The position numbers and the translations under genes are program-made. Positions 14,439-29,700 of a stretch of DNA of 64,000 nt are shown here, piece after piece; positions within the stretch are counted from its first letter, which is position 1, and each line of letters opens with the position of its first letter. Below the pieces are notes generated by a model. That model did not search any database and was not told the origin of the DNA. It saw only the letters and a list, made by a program, of their open reading frames with translations. This DNA comes from Ophelia neglecta (taxonomy: Eukaryota), in contig OZ260661.1 of NCBI GenBank assembly GCA_965285935.1, forward strand, positions 87,792,001-87,856,000. The letters run 5' to 3'.

Positions 14439-17400
14439 ATATCTGGAGACATAATTTACTTTATAAGAAACGAAATAATTATTTTGTTTGGCACCAAAGA
14501 AAGTCTTTAATGCGAACAAATTTGAAAGTTTTGCTCTCAATAGTGTATCGCGAGTAAAAGTCCAAAAAAACCGACACAGTGTATAAGTCTACTAGTTTTG
14601 ACAGTTGGTTAGCACATTGCCAGCCCTCTAGATCCGTATTTTGTTTATGACTAGACGCATGTTTCTGCGGGTCGTATGTGTTCGCTGCTGAAAGTTTTAG
14701 GTTGTTGCGGTGCATTTATATAAGAAACCGGCACTTGGGTGGCTTCAATCTCATCGGCTTGACTGGATCAAACTTAATCGCAAAAATACTAAGCTGCACA
14801 AAACATACTGATCTGTTGAGTGTATAATTTCTTCAACCAGAGTGAAGAAGTATAACATCTGCAACTGTTTTCTTAACTAAGGAGAGATAACGCAACCTAG
14901 TAGAAAGCCTCTTGTGTCTGATAACCGAATACTCCCAATGTACTGCTGTCATCAGGTCATCTGGATAGTGCTGAGCTCTTGTTAAAGTCTGCATAGAACA
15001 GACAGATCGGAAATGTATCCTTAAAGATGGAGTGGGCACACGTTTAGACCCTAACACAGACTAAGGTAGTTTGCCATGATTGATGGCAATCATGTATTGT
15101 GGCTTCAGGTTGACAAATACATCATTTATAAAATGCCGAGACTACTGTACAGGCTCACTGACGTTTTGCTCACCCTTGCAAGGTTACAATTCACTTAATA
15201 ATTCACACGAGAACTGTTTTCTTTGTATATAGTTCACAACTTTGCCAGATAACTGTTTAAAGCTGCTATATCTCACATTTGACCTGTACGTGTTAAACTA
15301 CAATAGTACTGGTGATGTATTACTTGTTTAAATACCGGTCATTGTATCCCGAAGCGTACAAGTTCACCAGGCCATATTTAACATTTACCTAGCCAGTGAT
15401 CGTGGGAAACCCCACGAGCCCCATAAACTCAGCTAAATGAAAGAAATGGCAATGATAGTTGAAGCAATTTTACTATGCGAAAACCCCACAGCTGACAAAA
15501 GGCAATGTAAAAGAACATAAATCCACACGCAACTATAGACACAACCCATCCCCGCCCACCCTGGTTGTGGTGGTCAAGGAGAAATATTTTTTCACATATA
15601 ATTTGTTTACAATATTTGTGTTGAAAACCATGAAATGAAACAGGTATACGCTGAATAAGTTTGTGTTCATTCAGTGATCAATGCGGTTCAGCTAGTAAGA
15701 GGAATTTAATGTGTTTGTTAATATGTTGCAATGTTATTACAAATTAAATTGTGTATACATGAATCTTGTCTGGATAAGATGACTGGGTGAGATGAGACGG
15801 AGTTTTTGGCTCTCATGTCTCCGAAGTACCCAAATGGTTGCAGTGTCAATGGGGGGGGGGGGGGGGGGGCTCGAGGGGGCACAGACCACGATCTAGGGTA
15901 TACATGCCCAGCCGGAAACTCAATATGTAGGTTCAATCTTATAGTAATGCGACTGAAAAACGACCCATTTTTTTAAAAAAGGAAACCGAAAATTGATTCA
16001 CATAGCCCAAATTTTTGCATACATATACTGGTGCCAAATGGTAGTTCCCCCCCTTCCCCCCCCCCCCACCCCCCAAACCCGCGCGCCACCCGCCCTAGTA
16101 CTGTACACAAACAATCAGCACTATTTCCTATGGAGGGAAGCCAAAAACTCAGAACCAAGACTAATATTAAGCTTCGGACAGAAAGATTTATTTTACTCAG
16201 ATGTTGATATTCCACGTGATTATTCACGTGTCCAAGCACGACAGCCCACCTGGCTGTAAGAGTCAGAAGTCTAGATTCAGTGTATGACTACAGACGGCGA
16301 ACGTCGTGGGGAGGAAACAGCAAGATACGTGTTGTCACGGCGAGCAAGGCATTTCCATCACTGATACATTGTATAGACGGCTGTCTGTGCCTCATTTTGA
16401 AAGAACCTGCACATGCCAATCAAAAACAGTAACCTTTGAAGCTGAAATTTCAGTTTAGCGCTTGAGCGATGTGCGCCTGACAGGCGACCTCTTTTTTATT
16501 ATATATAGCTTATATCGGTCTCCCTAGATGTCTCACTGTTAATTGAACTGCGCTCAATGTTTCAATCATTGTGAAAAATAAGACCCATGAGGCATAAAAC
16601 CTCTGTTTATTTATAATCAACTTGAAGTACGTGATTATGAAGTATACTTTCATAATAATTCTCCAAAGTATAATGTTAATTGCTTCTAATTATTACAATT
16701 ATTTTACCAGTTTTGCCGCCGGACTAACGCTCATTGGGAGGCACTTGACAGATTTGTTCCACTTGGTTTTGATACAACCAAAGGTAAAACGGAGTCTGGT
16801 TGAGCCCGTTACTACCAATAGGCCTTGGTACTTCTCTCTAAAAAACAAAAAAAAAATTATCTGGAGCTGTCAATTTCACTTCGAGGATGAAATTCCTCCA
16901 TATCAGTTGTTAATAGCCGAGCCTAGATAAAGTCACCAGCGTTTGGTGTCCGTGTTCAGTCCTGTGCTCAATCATGTGACCTTTATTATAACGTGCGCCA
17001 TCTACTGAAGGTCAAAGTGGGACCGTGCTCTAAGGGACGATCAAGGAAATCGGTTACCTGCTTGTAGCACACGAGCGTAATATCTCAGGCATGTGTCAAA
17101 ATATACCACAAGTAGGCTCAAGGTAAGATCAAACGATGCATATATGTTTTACGACATGAAGATGGCCACTATTCTTAACGTGGTATTTCCATGATTATTG
17201 GCCCCTTTCCAATTCCAACTTTGAGCATTTATCGTCTGACACGGAAGCCAGTTTTCGACGTGTTTTCATCCGAATGCCACCTTGGGTCTATTTGTTTATG
17301 TTTTTTGTTGCTAGCTGCTGAGCGAACGGTTATGATCATGGTGAAACCAGGTTGAAAAGAGCGATTTTGTCGGTTCATGTGTTCGCCACACCACCATGCA

Positions 17401-20400
17401 GGATGAATAATACCCCTCTTATGTGATGACACCACTGGAGCCATTGTAATTAACTGGCTCATAAGGACATTACCTGATGTGGCGTGGCTATATATATATC
17501 GGGCATCTTTTAGACTGGTTCGAAATGGCTTACAAAATATTTGAAAGTTGACGTATCAATAGCTATGCTGCAACCCCGCACATTTTCAGTGGATATAGGG
17601 TTGTCGTTATTAATTTAGTCGAAAGGGGGTGGGGGTTTGGACGGGGTAGGCTAGGGGCTGGGTGCTTACTGCAAGATTCCTCCGACATCGTGATATTTTA
17701 ATTAGGGAAAAAATACCACCCTGCTGTCGACCTATTGATATGATGTTGACGTTCTTATCAGCTGCCTGGATATGGTAATTATGATAAGAGTATGAATTAT
17801 CAGGCTGTATGATTGTATGATAAATGATTGCTAATCCCACGAGGAATTTAGTAAAACGCTGGCAAGGGTTGGAAATTATAACGTTCATTCGCATAATACA
17901 GCACCACCATTGCACATGTCTTTGTTGACATAGTATTAATTATGTTCCAGTTACACAGAGTTTATGTATTTAGTTGATCAAACAACACTCACCCCAATTT
18001 TTGACTAATTGAAGTTGACAAAAGATATGTCATCTCCCAAACTGACCTTGGCATGATTTACCGAAAGACCAAAGAAGGTGACTTTCAAAATCGGAACCCA
18101 AAAGTGCCAGTTGAGTTTTATTATTTTCATGAAGGTCATCAAGTTTTATCTTCACGGTTCTTTGCAGGTTACATAGCTTTACGCTATGGTTGAAGGTAAA
18201 ACCGATGTTTTGCGATTTCAGCAGCCTACCCTTTTGAACATACAAAATTGCTGAGAAAGTTACCTCAGATACATTTCTCATAGAGTTTTGATATTGACTT
18301 TGTACTTTTCAGTCATACACATCATGAAAATTAAAAGCATACAAGTTTGTCCCGGATGTGAAACTGCCGCCTAAGCAAAGCCCTCTCTGAGTCAGCAGGT
18401 CAGGGCATATAACTTGTTTAGGCTGATTCTTTCCTTTGCGATAATGATGAGCTTTTAGCCCCAAGTTGTTCATGCAGCTATGTAAGTTTTATCGGCGTTG
18501 TCGTGTTTTATTTTTACTGATAGCAAGTCTGAAAGGAAATTTATGCATGTGTTTGCAAGTCGATCCCCACGAGTAGCTGTCCCTCGGTCAGATACTCTTT
18601 AAGACCCGTGATGACTCCATGATCCATGGCTCCCGCCTACAAAACCAACAACTTTATAGATATACAAAGCGTCTAAATGCAGTTGCCAAATTATGTGGAT
18701 GCCATATATACAAGTTCTTCTTTTATGCAGTTGTTTTACTATATATATTGCATCAACAAACAGCCTTTTATCTGGACCCAAGTTCTTAAAAAAAGAGTAG
18801 CATCAGTTATTTGCGTTGGTTGCCTCCATAGTCACCTATGAGATATCATTATGAAACGTCACAATTGACACCCATCCTTGAAACCTTTCAAGTGGGACTT
18901 ACAGTTTGATTGTTATTGAGCAATTTTTCATGTATTGTGATATAACATTTTTTGAACGCCTTATCGTCGATTGGCATTTCGTCCACCAAGCTACACGATT
19001 GACTCAGAAACATGTACAATTATATCTCCCTAAGGGAAGGAGATGGCGGGAATATCCGTCTGTTACTGTGTTATGCCCTTTTCTTCTTAAGTAATTTTTC
19101 AAGCCTAGCTTTCAGTAAAAGAACAGATACATCGCAGCGGCACAAACATTTTATTTTCGGCAGCTACCACGTCTGGCATTTGGCCATGTAAAACCTGAAG
19201 GTTCTGGTGAAAAGGTTATATTCCTACCTGGCTGGTACGCTAATGTAATCCAGAGATTGCCGTGTAGTTAGTTGTCAGATTTTTCAGTAAAAGCGGGCAG
19301 TTAATTGAATTTATCGCACTAAGCAAGCAACAACAACCCAGGAAATTAAGATAAAATAATCAATGAAAAATGGTTTCATCTAAAACTTCGACATAATAGC
19401 TTTAATATTGCCTAAATTTTCCTAATAGTGTCCTTGGATGTTACTTATGGGGTATTAGTTGAGTATTGGGATTGACTGTGTACCATTGATATACAGATAT
19501 GCTCAGTAAGTTTCTTGGTATCCTGGGAATGCACACTATGGGTGTGCCCTCATCAGTTCAGCTAAAGTCTCCCAACAGCAATTTGCCAATATCCCTTCAC
19601 TGACAGACGTTCCCTGCATTTCATTTACTAGACATATAGCCCCACATGGTCCCAATCGCCCTCGGCTTTGTAATTATATACTGGAGTAAATGAATGGATA
19701 TTTTTCTCGTAATGTTCTGGGGCTCCCTCCATACACATTTTTCTTCTATACAGTCTACAATACAGTATATATATATATTATATATATTATGCATATATAT
19801 ATAACTAAGTTTATATATCACAATAAAAAGGAATTAGAAAGCTTGAATTTTGTAGAGGGCTATGTGAAAGAGTCGTTGTTCCCAAAGAATTTGTCTTCTT
19901 CATATAGGCCTACTTTCCCACATTAATGAGTTGTCTTCATTCGCCGGATATTCCAAGTAATCACTTATAGTCATCAAAAGAGAAATACATTATTAAGATG
20001 ACAATGTTCTTTATATGTTTTATTTTATATTTTATTTATCCGCTTTCCCTTTTGAGAGTTTAGATAGTTTTTATCTTTATATAAGGACACATACCCTATT
20101 ATTACTCAGACAGGTGTTTTTGGACAAGTATCTCACTCTAATCGGACCCTTATTATATTGTTTGTGTAACTGATTAAGATAGAAATCTAAATTATTTTCT
20201 ACCCATCTGCTGTATAGTCAGTTCAATGGCCATAGTTCTTAAAAGTCTTCTACAACGAACTTACATGATTATAAAGGCAAGGCTCCTCAACAATCTTATA
20301 CCTGCGAGACATGATTGGCTCGGTTTATCTAAGTGCAAGCAGATATCATTGTTTAAAGTAAGCACGGTGCACTGGGTCTTACTTCACTAAATATAAGATA

Positions 20401-20758
20401 TCATTAAATGGCAAAAAATGTATTATTGTTATTTCGGTGGTTCTAGATTACATCAGATAGCCATACTATAGATTCGGTTTAAACGTTAGTTTGAAAATGT
20501 ACAAGCCTTTCAGTTTACACTTCGGCCGTGAAACTAGATGATTGGTGAAAGGGGTACATAAAGTGAAAATGTTAAGGACAAGTGTATGACATTCACCAGA
20601 GCATTAAGATTGAAGATTTATGTTTTGATGAAACCTTGTCATCTACAAACAATCATTTCCCAGAATTTTGTGTTTTATAAAGATCAGTTTTTTCCTCATT
20701 ATTGTTTCTTGTAAGGAGGTACTTAAATGTTGAGCTTAAATGTTTTTTTCTTTTGCAG

Positions 20759-23700
20759 GAATATATGAAAAAGATTTCCAGAGAAGAGATCACACAGAAA
20801 AAGATGGCAGGAACTAAAGGAGAGGAGATGCTGTATAAGCGGGAGAGTAAAATGGGGGTGACCACTTTCACCTTCCAGAGCAGACGGTACATGTTCCCTT
20901 CAGTGATCGTCAAGGGGGATCCAAACACTTCAGAGGGCGACTGTGTCATGCTGGATGTCGGCCTATTCTGTCCCCACTGTAGCCGCGCCGTGTCAGGAAA
21001 ACTATCCAGCACACTCCGCCGGGTCGCCCTGACCAAATCAACCTCCGCCGAAAATATTAATCAGGCCCGGGTGTATGGGGCACCGGGAAACGTGCCACAA
21101 GCCCTGCCCTACGGCAGTCTGGACCGGGCAAGTCTCAAATCCCGGCGACATGGAATGCTCGAGGAGCGAGGTGTGGCATTCTCTGTTGGCCATGGCTCCG
21201 TCCCAGAAATTGCGCTGTCGGAGGAGCATCTGTGTCGCCACGGAGCCATTCCCCGCCCTATCCCTTGCCTGCCTACTCACCAGGAACGCGAGCCAGTGGA
21301 AGGCGAGGTAGATGAGGATATTACACAGCCTGTATCAACGAGAAACACTACTGAAACCCCACAAGCAAGGACAACCAGGATGTCCCCAGTGTATGCTTCT
21401 GGTACAGGTGACGCGAATAGTATGGAGAGAAGAAGTGATTACGATAGTTTAGATTACTCTTCGGTGACACAGAGTTTAGATACGTCTATTCGGAGTGTTA
21501 GGGAGCCATATCGCAAGAACAGCTCCAGTGATTATGAAAGTATGGATACTAGTGTCACCCACACTACACACCAGCATGAGAACAGCAAATCAGGAATACA
21601 TTTTAAAGGCTCAGACAAGCAACGAAATACCAAACACCAAAGTTTGGAAACGCTGGGAAAGTCGCCGGCAAGTCGGCCAGGGCCTTCCAAGAGACATAGT
21701 GATGATGCCACTATATTTGCAGACAATAGACCAAAAATATCGAGGATATCGCCTGATTCCGATACCACTGGTTCATCATTGTCAACTATAAGGCAGGCAG
21801 GACTCATTCCAAGTAGGTTTCGCGATAGCAAGGGTGAAGTGTACATCTCCGACAGTGAACAGATAGATATGGCCGACTCAAGCGAGGAAGCTCTCATCGA
21901 GGAACTCCTTCACGATGAAGAAATCACTGACAATGATAGTGTTGGGCGTGATATTCTAGATGGTTTATCATCTGGAGACGAATTAGAAAATTACGAACAG
22001 GAGATTGACAAAATGCAGAAAGTGATATCTGCCAGCTTGGAAAAAGTCGCCAAGCAGTCGTCTGAAGATTTTCAGTTTGACGAATACTTAGCCTACGTTC
22101 CACAAAAGGCCAGACCTAAGAGTCAAGAAAGTGTGGATTTGTACACAAAAGAAGTGACCGCCATTTTAGAAGGAATGGGTGGCGAAAATGATGCCAATGA
22201 TGATAGCGATGAAAGAAAACGGAGCATAAGTCCAGATGAAATGGTGGAAACTATTCTTGATAACTTGGACACTGAGTTGTACAGTGGAGATGTAACTCTT
22301 AACCGCATATTTTCGGTGAGAAGAGATTTTGATGGGTCAGTTTTTAAAGAAACACCTCGAAGACCAAAGTATAAGGCCAAAAAGCGTCCTATAATAACTG
22401 AAGACATTGACGAGGAGGCTCTGTTCGCAAATACTCAACCCACTGAACTAAAGGAGTTACGTATGACTCAAACAGTGGAGACTTCAACTGTGTCCACCCA
22501 GGAAATGGAACCTAAATATGAGAACATTACTAAAGATTCAGAAGTAGATTACATTAGTAAGTTAGACATCACACAAGCAAGTGTTTTCGCCCAAAGTCCA
22601 ACGAATGGAACTGCATCAGCAAAAGAGAGAGAATGGAGTCCAGAGGACTTTTTCGAACAAGCAGTAGAATCCATCCCAATTGATTCCGAAGAGGGTCTTA
22701 CTGATTGGACATCAGATTATGAAACTGATAACAATGAACAGTTTGACAGGGACAAAATAAAAACAGACTTTAACATAAAGAGTGAAAGTGATCAAGATGA
22801 ATCGAGACCAGAAGTAGTATCTGGTTATCCTCAGGAATATTTGGGGGTTCGACACAACCAAAGCCGCACATCCTCATGTGAGGCTATTTTAAATGATTGC
22901 GGTCATGAAACGGAGAGTTCTTTGGGGGCTTCTTACCATGATACAGGTTCAGAACACTCTGGGTCCATGGACTATTTGAGCAGCTCAGAATGTTCGGTCG
23001 GTGAAAATAACATAAGCGCCATTGAACATGATGCGGACTTTCGTCAGATAATCTCTGAAACTATGAATATGACAGAAAGTTTAAAATCTTTCCAAGACAG
23101 AAAGGAAAAGCCTCATAGCGCTGGTAAAAAACAATCTCCTTCAAATTCAGAACAAAAAGATGCCATTCTAGTCCACTCAGAAGATGAAGAACACCTCCGA
23201 CAAGAGATCCGAATGCACTTAATCGAGCAACGGCTTGAAGGCGGAGAAAGAACTATCCTACACGTGCCACTTGAAAAAGAGTACCATTCCCATAACACCA
23301 GTGAAACACCCACTACGCGAAATACAAACCCTGCACAACAGGAGGTATTTAGTAGTTCTAGTAGACAGGAAGCAGTGTGTCCTGCACGATCTCCATTGGT
23401 ACAGAAACCGCCGATGTTTGCACGAATCAACAAAATCCCACTGGTCTCAAATGCAGCGGAGGATGTCCCGGAAGAGCAATGCAATCGTTCAGCTAGTTCT
23501 TCCGAGCCAGATGCTTCCTATGATGACGTGGATCTTGATCTAGAATTGGAATTTGAGAACAATATGAGACTCTGTGAACAAGATTCCTCGTCGATGGGGC
23601 TGCTAGAATCGGAATCTGATGATATTATTCTACAGGAATTGCTTTCCGTAGACATGTCCGCTGCTCGCACTCGGAAGGAATCCAGTGGCTCACATCAATC

Positions 23701-26700
23701 TGAAATAGATGAATTCGTTCCCGAGACGGACGAAGATCAGCCAGAGGTTATCCAACAAGCATATGAAGCAGCTCAGTTTGTTGCCAAGCTTCTGGAAGGT
23801 GAACAGCTCCACCACCCTTGTGTGTACACCGAAGATGACCCTAATATCAAGCATGGTTTATTGAAAACAGAAGATGAAGAAAGGTCAAGCGACCGGAAAG
23901 ATCAACATATCTGTCATAGCGAGGATGCTAATTGGCACACTTATGTGGGTGACCCGCAAGGAGCTGATTCTGACTTTGAGACACGAGGTTCCCTATCCCG
24001 ACAGCAAGCCCAAGAGTTCATGCGTATAATGATGGCTTCTAACCAGTCTAAGAGAGAAAATAATAAACCACAGAAAGATAAGGCAGAGGAGAGTAAGGCA
24101 TGTGCAGTAAAAGCGGACGAAGGCATTATAGTCAAGTCAGAGGAAATCACAACCCAGGAGTGTACAATTGTTCTCATGTGGCCGAAGAAGAAAAACAAAA
24201 ATATTATAAAAAAAGACAACAATCCATTTCGTGAAGTACATTTGCACCGTGTTACGAAAGTAAACGACCTTGATATTGAAGTCATTGAAGGTCCAACTAT
24301 CGACAGTGTTGAATATAATGTATCGGAACAGGCTGTAGACAAAAGGCAAAACATGGATAGAATTTCAAAAGAGATGTCACTGGTCAAATCTGTGGTAGCC
24401 AAAGAAATTCCGATGGTGTACAAAACAGATTCTAACGACGGACGCCATAGCGTACGAAGCGCACAAAAAGCCGAGCAATCTACCATAGAGACTCCTACTG
24501 GAAATGTTATTTCTGTCAACAGGTCGGACAAATTTACTCATATCTTAACAACATATGATACAGTTGGCTCGGAGCCAGATATAAGCCCGGAAGCTTCAGA
24601 GGTACACGACTTAAAAGCCGATGACGAAGATGTTGTCCAATCTACGCCTGCACTAGAAAAGGAGAACGAAAGACAAGGGGAGTGGCCGCTATCTTCAAAA
24701 GCTGCCATATCGTCTGAAGAAGGTGAGCTTACAGAATCCGTTTCTATGGTATCCTCCGTTGCTTGCTGTAGTGTAGAAGACCAGATAGACGGCGCTTCGA
24801 ACCCTGAACAAGATATTGGAGAAAGTAACCTGACCAGTGAGAATGTATTCGAAGAGAGTAATGATGTAGAAGTTGATGACCTTAGTGATACTGCTCTGTA
24901 CAGCATTGTCCGAGATCTAAAGGCTCTAATAAATAGCCAAAGTGACGAGGTCGATCCCTTCGAGGGGTACACGCCAAAGGGGCAGGCAATTCCCACTACT
25001 ACGGTCGACACTAATACGGCAAGACAATCTGTAACAACCGTAAGTCAGACAGCCATTGACGTTTTGCCACTTGATGAAGAACGAATGAAAGAAGACAAAG
25101 AAGAAACTCCTGTCTTAGAGGTAGATTCCTCTGCATCTGGTTTTACAACTGTCGATCACACATCAAATGTTAAAGAAACTGGTGCCCCCTCTGATTCAAT
25201 TGACGCTGTACACATGGACTCGGCGGTGGAATGCTATGACAATATTGTCAACGCAGGCCGGGCGAGAGATGTACAAGGGCCTAATGTCCTGCAGGATATA
25301 AAAAATAGCCACAATAGATCTACACACACGTCAGAAGCTGCCTATATGTTGTTTGACGCAAATGCGAAAAAAGGCGCCCAGACCATTCCAGATGTATCAA
25401 TGGACAATGTGCCAAATCCGACCTATGCTGATGAAACAAGGTTGGCAATCCACCAACCCCTTGAACAAATCGTGGGGCATTGCAACAATGAATCGAGTAC
25501 TGTGAACAGTATTGAATCAATTGCTTTGAAAGAGGTCCAAACATCTGAAGTTTCCAACCCCGAAACATCATTTGAACATAACGTAGTGACCGATTCTGTG
25601 ACTGATAATATTCGAAAATACCCTATGCCCGAAATATCGAAAATAAACCTTATTACTGGCTACAATGAAGAGTTCCATCCGTCCCAAACAAATGAGTCTG
25701 ATGTGGCTATATATTCTGATGATTATGAATATTCTTCTATGGAGGCCATGGTAGAAGAGTACGAGACAACGGAAAGTGAAGACGAAACCGTGGAAGAAAC
25801 TGTAGCCAGTGTGTTGTACGATGTGGTCACGACTATTGTTGAATTTCAAAAACATACCCAAGAAACTTCGGCATCTTTGTGCGAGGACAACAATATCAGT
25901 TGTGAGCAAAACGACGACAGTCGAAGGGAAGAAACCGTGACGAAAGACACAAATGCATTAGTTCGAGAAAATGTTGCCCCTGTGATTCCGAGCAATAAAA
26001 ACTTATCAGACACATGCCCAAATCCACAAACTGGTTATTTGCCGGACGGCCAAGATTTAGCAGGCGTAGAATTAAGATCAGTCTCCGAACAAGTGGAATT
26101 ATTAGTGGAGAGAACAAAACGCTGCAAATTCCGTGAACCAGACCCTTCCCATCGTTTTGGATCTCCATTACCAAAAGACGGAAGTAGCCGAAAATATTCT
26201 GTAGATGAACAACAACAATCGGACATCAGTGCCGAGGAGACGAAAGTTATGGGCAGTGAAAACGAAATGACTCAACTTACTAAAGAAATAAGGGAGAAAA
26301 TCAAATGTCTTCTCAGTTCCGAGCTCGAAATTGATGACGAATACTCTATGAAAAAAGTTGAGCTGGTCGATGCTGCCACAGAAACACTTTCCCGCCGAGA
26401 TTCCTCGTCCCCGTCAAGGAAAGAAACTAAGACGACCGAAGTCGAGGCAGATCGAGCCTTCTTGATGGGTTTGACAAGAGACTCCTCCCCTCGAGGGATT
26501 ACTCGACTCGACGAAATCCGTATTGACACGACGTTGCGGCCAGATGTAAAAGAAACAGACCCATTTCTCAGCCCTGTATATGTCCCCGGTGTGAAGGACC
26601 ACTCTGCTTTTATAGAAAAGCAGTTGCAGTCTCCAACAAGCGACATGTTTTCTGAAGAGTACGACAACGATATCAGCCAGTTAGAACGAGTAGAATGGAG

Positions 26701-29700
26701 TGAAATAGATGCCTCAAATCCTGCAGTAGATGACGTTACATCAGGGATCGATGAACAGCAAAGAAGCGACTGGGTTGTCAAGGTTTCCAGTTCAGCCCCA
26801 GCAAAAAACCAGAACACAATTTACCAGACGAATAGCAACCATGTTGGGCTTTCGTCTACAATTGCAACTACAACAACGGAAACATCGAAGACTGTATTCT
26901 CTTCAAGGAGAGTAGAAACCCATTTACCAGTGGACATGGCCCCGATAGGTAGCTACAAAACGCACAGCGGTGGGTTTCAGAGTGGAACATCCGAATCGTC
27001 CAGGGCTGGGACAGTCAGTCCAAATACCCAAGAAAGATCCATATACGAAGTTGACGTTCGGAAATATTTTGGCTTGCCAAATTCCCAGCCATCTCCTCCA
27101 AACTATAGTATCAACAACAGATCCAAGTCCCACGAGGAGATAAGGAATAACATAAACGAGCAATATCTCACGAGCAGTCAGGAAAGGCTTTCAGTCGACA
27201 CAGGACCCCTGGTAAGTTGTCACTCGACCTCCTCTCTATCCACCCGATCTAAACACCTTCGACTACCCAAAATACGGGATTTGTTGATAGAAGAGCTTTC
27301 AAAAGACGATGTTGAGGAAAGCAGATTCAAATCTGAGGATTTCACTGACGACGTCTTACTCGGGTGGCTTGTAAATGATAAATGCCTGAGTCTTGAGGAG
27401 GAAATCATGAAACGCTTAAAAGAATTGTTACAACTTGCAGATAAGTTTTACAGAGAGGGTACAATACCTAAAAAGGACAAATGCGCTGCCTACGAACGGT
27501 TAGCTTCAAAGTCCCAACCAAACCTTATTGATCTCGATATGTGGTCTCTCGAGCACAAAGTAGAAAGCCTAGCAGTTAACAAATTAATGAACGAAAGTTC
27601 TAGCTCAGAGAGGAGTTCAAAGTCGCTGTCCCCGGAAATGAAACACTATGTAAATAACATGGCGCAGTCAATTATGCAAAAAGTAATGGCCAGTGTAAAA
27701 ACGACTTTAGAGGAAGAAACGAGTCGTAAACATGAGGACGAAAGTTGTGCCGAGAGAGAAAGTGAACAGCACATGATGGGTGCTCCTGGGAGTCAGGAAA
27801 TAACCGAAGAACTGGCAAAAAAAGAACCAAATAAGTCTTTCAGTGATACGCATACTGTAGAAAAATCCATTGAAAGAACGTCTCTTTTTATTCAAATTGA
27901 ATCTTCAGAGGATTTGACGAAAGAATGTTCTCTCCCGCCTCTTCCATCACCACCACCACCTCTAAACCCAAAGCAGATCAAACCAGTGAATAAAACGGCT
28001 GAGGCTAAAACAAAGTTAGATGTCTCATTAGAGGCCCAAGCCAAAGCAGGTGGACTGAAACAAGATATCGGGAAGGAAACTGAAGCAGAGAGAGATTTAA
28101 CCATAGAGTCAAATCAGGCCTTAGAATATTCAAATAATTGCATTGATATCGAGCAAGCTAATAACGTCGAAACTGGGGATTCTGACAGCCCAGATGAAGG
28201 TGAAGTAACTTTAGACCTACAAGAGGAAATTGAAACATTCTCGTTGTTTACGAAAATGGAATTAAAGGAGAATTATGCCCCACCGGCATTGGAAACCATT
28301 GAAGAATGCGACGAGGATCATCTTAGTTCAGAGGCGACCAGTGCCCAGTCATCGATAAAGGGTAGTAAAGACGATATACCTAGTGCTCTCAGGGAGAACA
28401 GCTTTAGGTACGAAGTGCATAACCGCAGCATTACAGAGAGTCTTGTGGAGGAGGCGGAGGATGAAAACAGCCTCATGGCCGTTGAAAAGCTGAACTATAG
28501 GGAATTTGATAAAATCACGTTTGGAAAAACGCAAACTTTTAAAAATAATTGCAATGAAAGAGATGATATTATTGTTGTTTCGGAGATGGGTGGCAGTGGT
28601 AGCACCCCAAACATTTTCGAACAGTGTGAAATTTTGTCTGACATACCAATAACGACACATATTGCCTCTAAAAGTACATTGAGCCCACATGACGGCCAAG
28701 ACATTCGACCGGCGATTGGTGCCGTTGCGGTAGCTTCACTTATGGAAGAATCTCAAAAAGAAAGTATCATGACAGCTAAAATATTTGAGAGCCAACCTCA
28801 TTGCATCTCAAGCATACAACAGACAGTGGAAAATGTTCATGAAGGTGTAACGCCTGAACACAGTAATATCAAAGGACAAACGGTTCACGACGAGCATCCC
28901 GGTGACAGATCATCGTCAGAAGAACCGCCCACGTTCTTCGTCAGTCTAGCTGTTTTAACGCTTATGGACGACATGTTAGATAAACTCGAAGAGAATGAGA
29001 TGAAATCAGAAGAAGACTTCCCTTGTGAAATTGTTTCTTTAAATGACACTTCTGTTACTTCATCGGAACGCATTGGAGACACAACGGTCACTTCTGAGGA
29101 AGGCGAGGATGTCCTCAATATTGGGATCACATCGATTATAAATGAAATTTTGGAAGCAGCAGTCGCTTACTCAGAAGCGCATAAAGATGATTCGTCCCTC
29201 AAATCTGGTATCTCTGATATAGCTAAAATAGAAGTAAACTCATTCGGACTACCAATCAGTAGAGTGGAAAGGGTGAAAAATGCAGACGATGCTGAAAATG
29301 CACTTGATGTTGAGCGTATAAAGATAGAAAAGCTAGCTGCAGATATAGTTGCCCGAGTTGTACATGATTCGATATATGTTGTATCTATGAACTCAAATGA
29401 GCAATTAGACAAACCCCAGTCTGCTAACGACTGCGCTTCAGCTAACATTAGTACATCGGGCTCCGTTATGGAAGTTTCAGAGATTATGGTTCCAATAAAC
29501 ATCGTGATAACAGATGATAGTGGCAACACACATATTCATGAACACTATGCTTCACCTGTGTTAAACAGCAGAAATTCCCAAAGCAGCGACTCATTGAGCA
29601 AAGAAAAATATGGCATACAATGCAACAGTAAGAGTAGGTCTTGCGAAGATATGCAATACGAAGATGAACAGTTCATAAGCCTCCGCGATAGATGCAAAAA

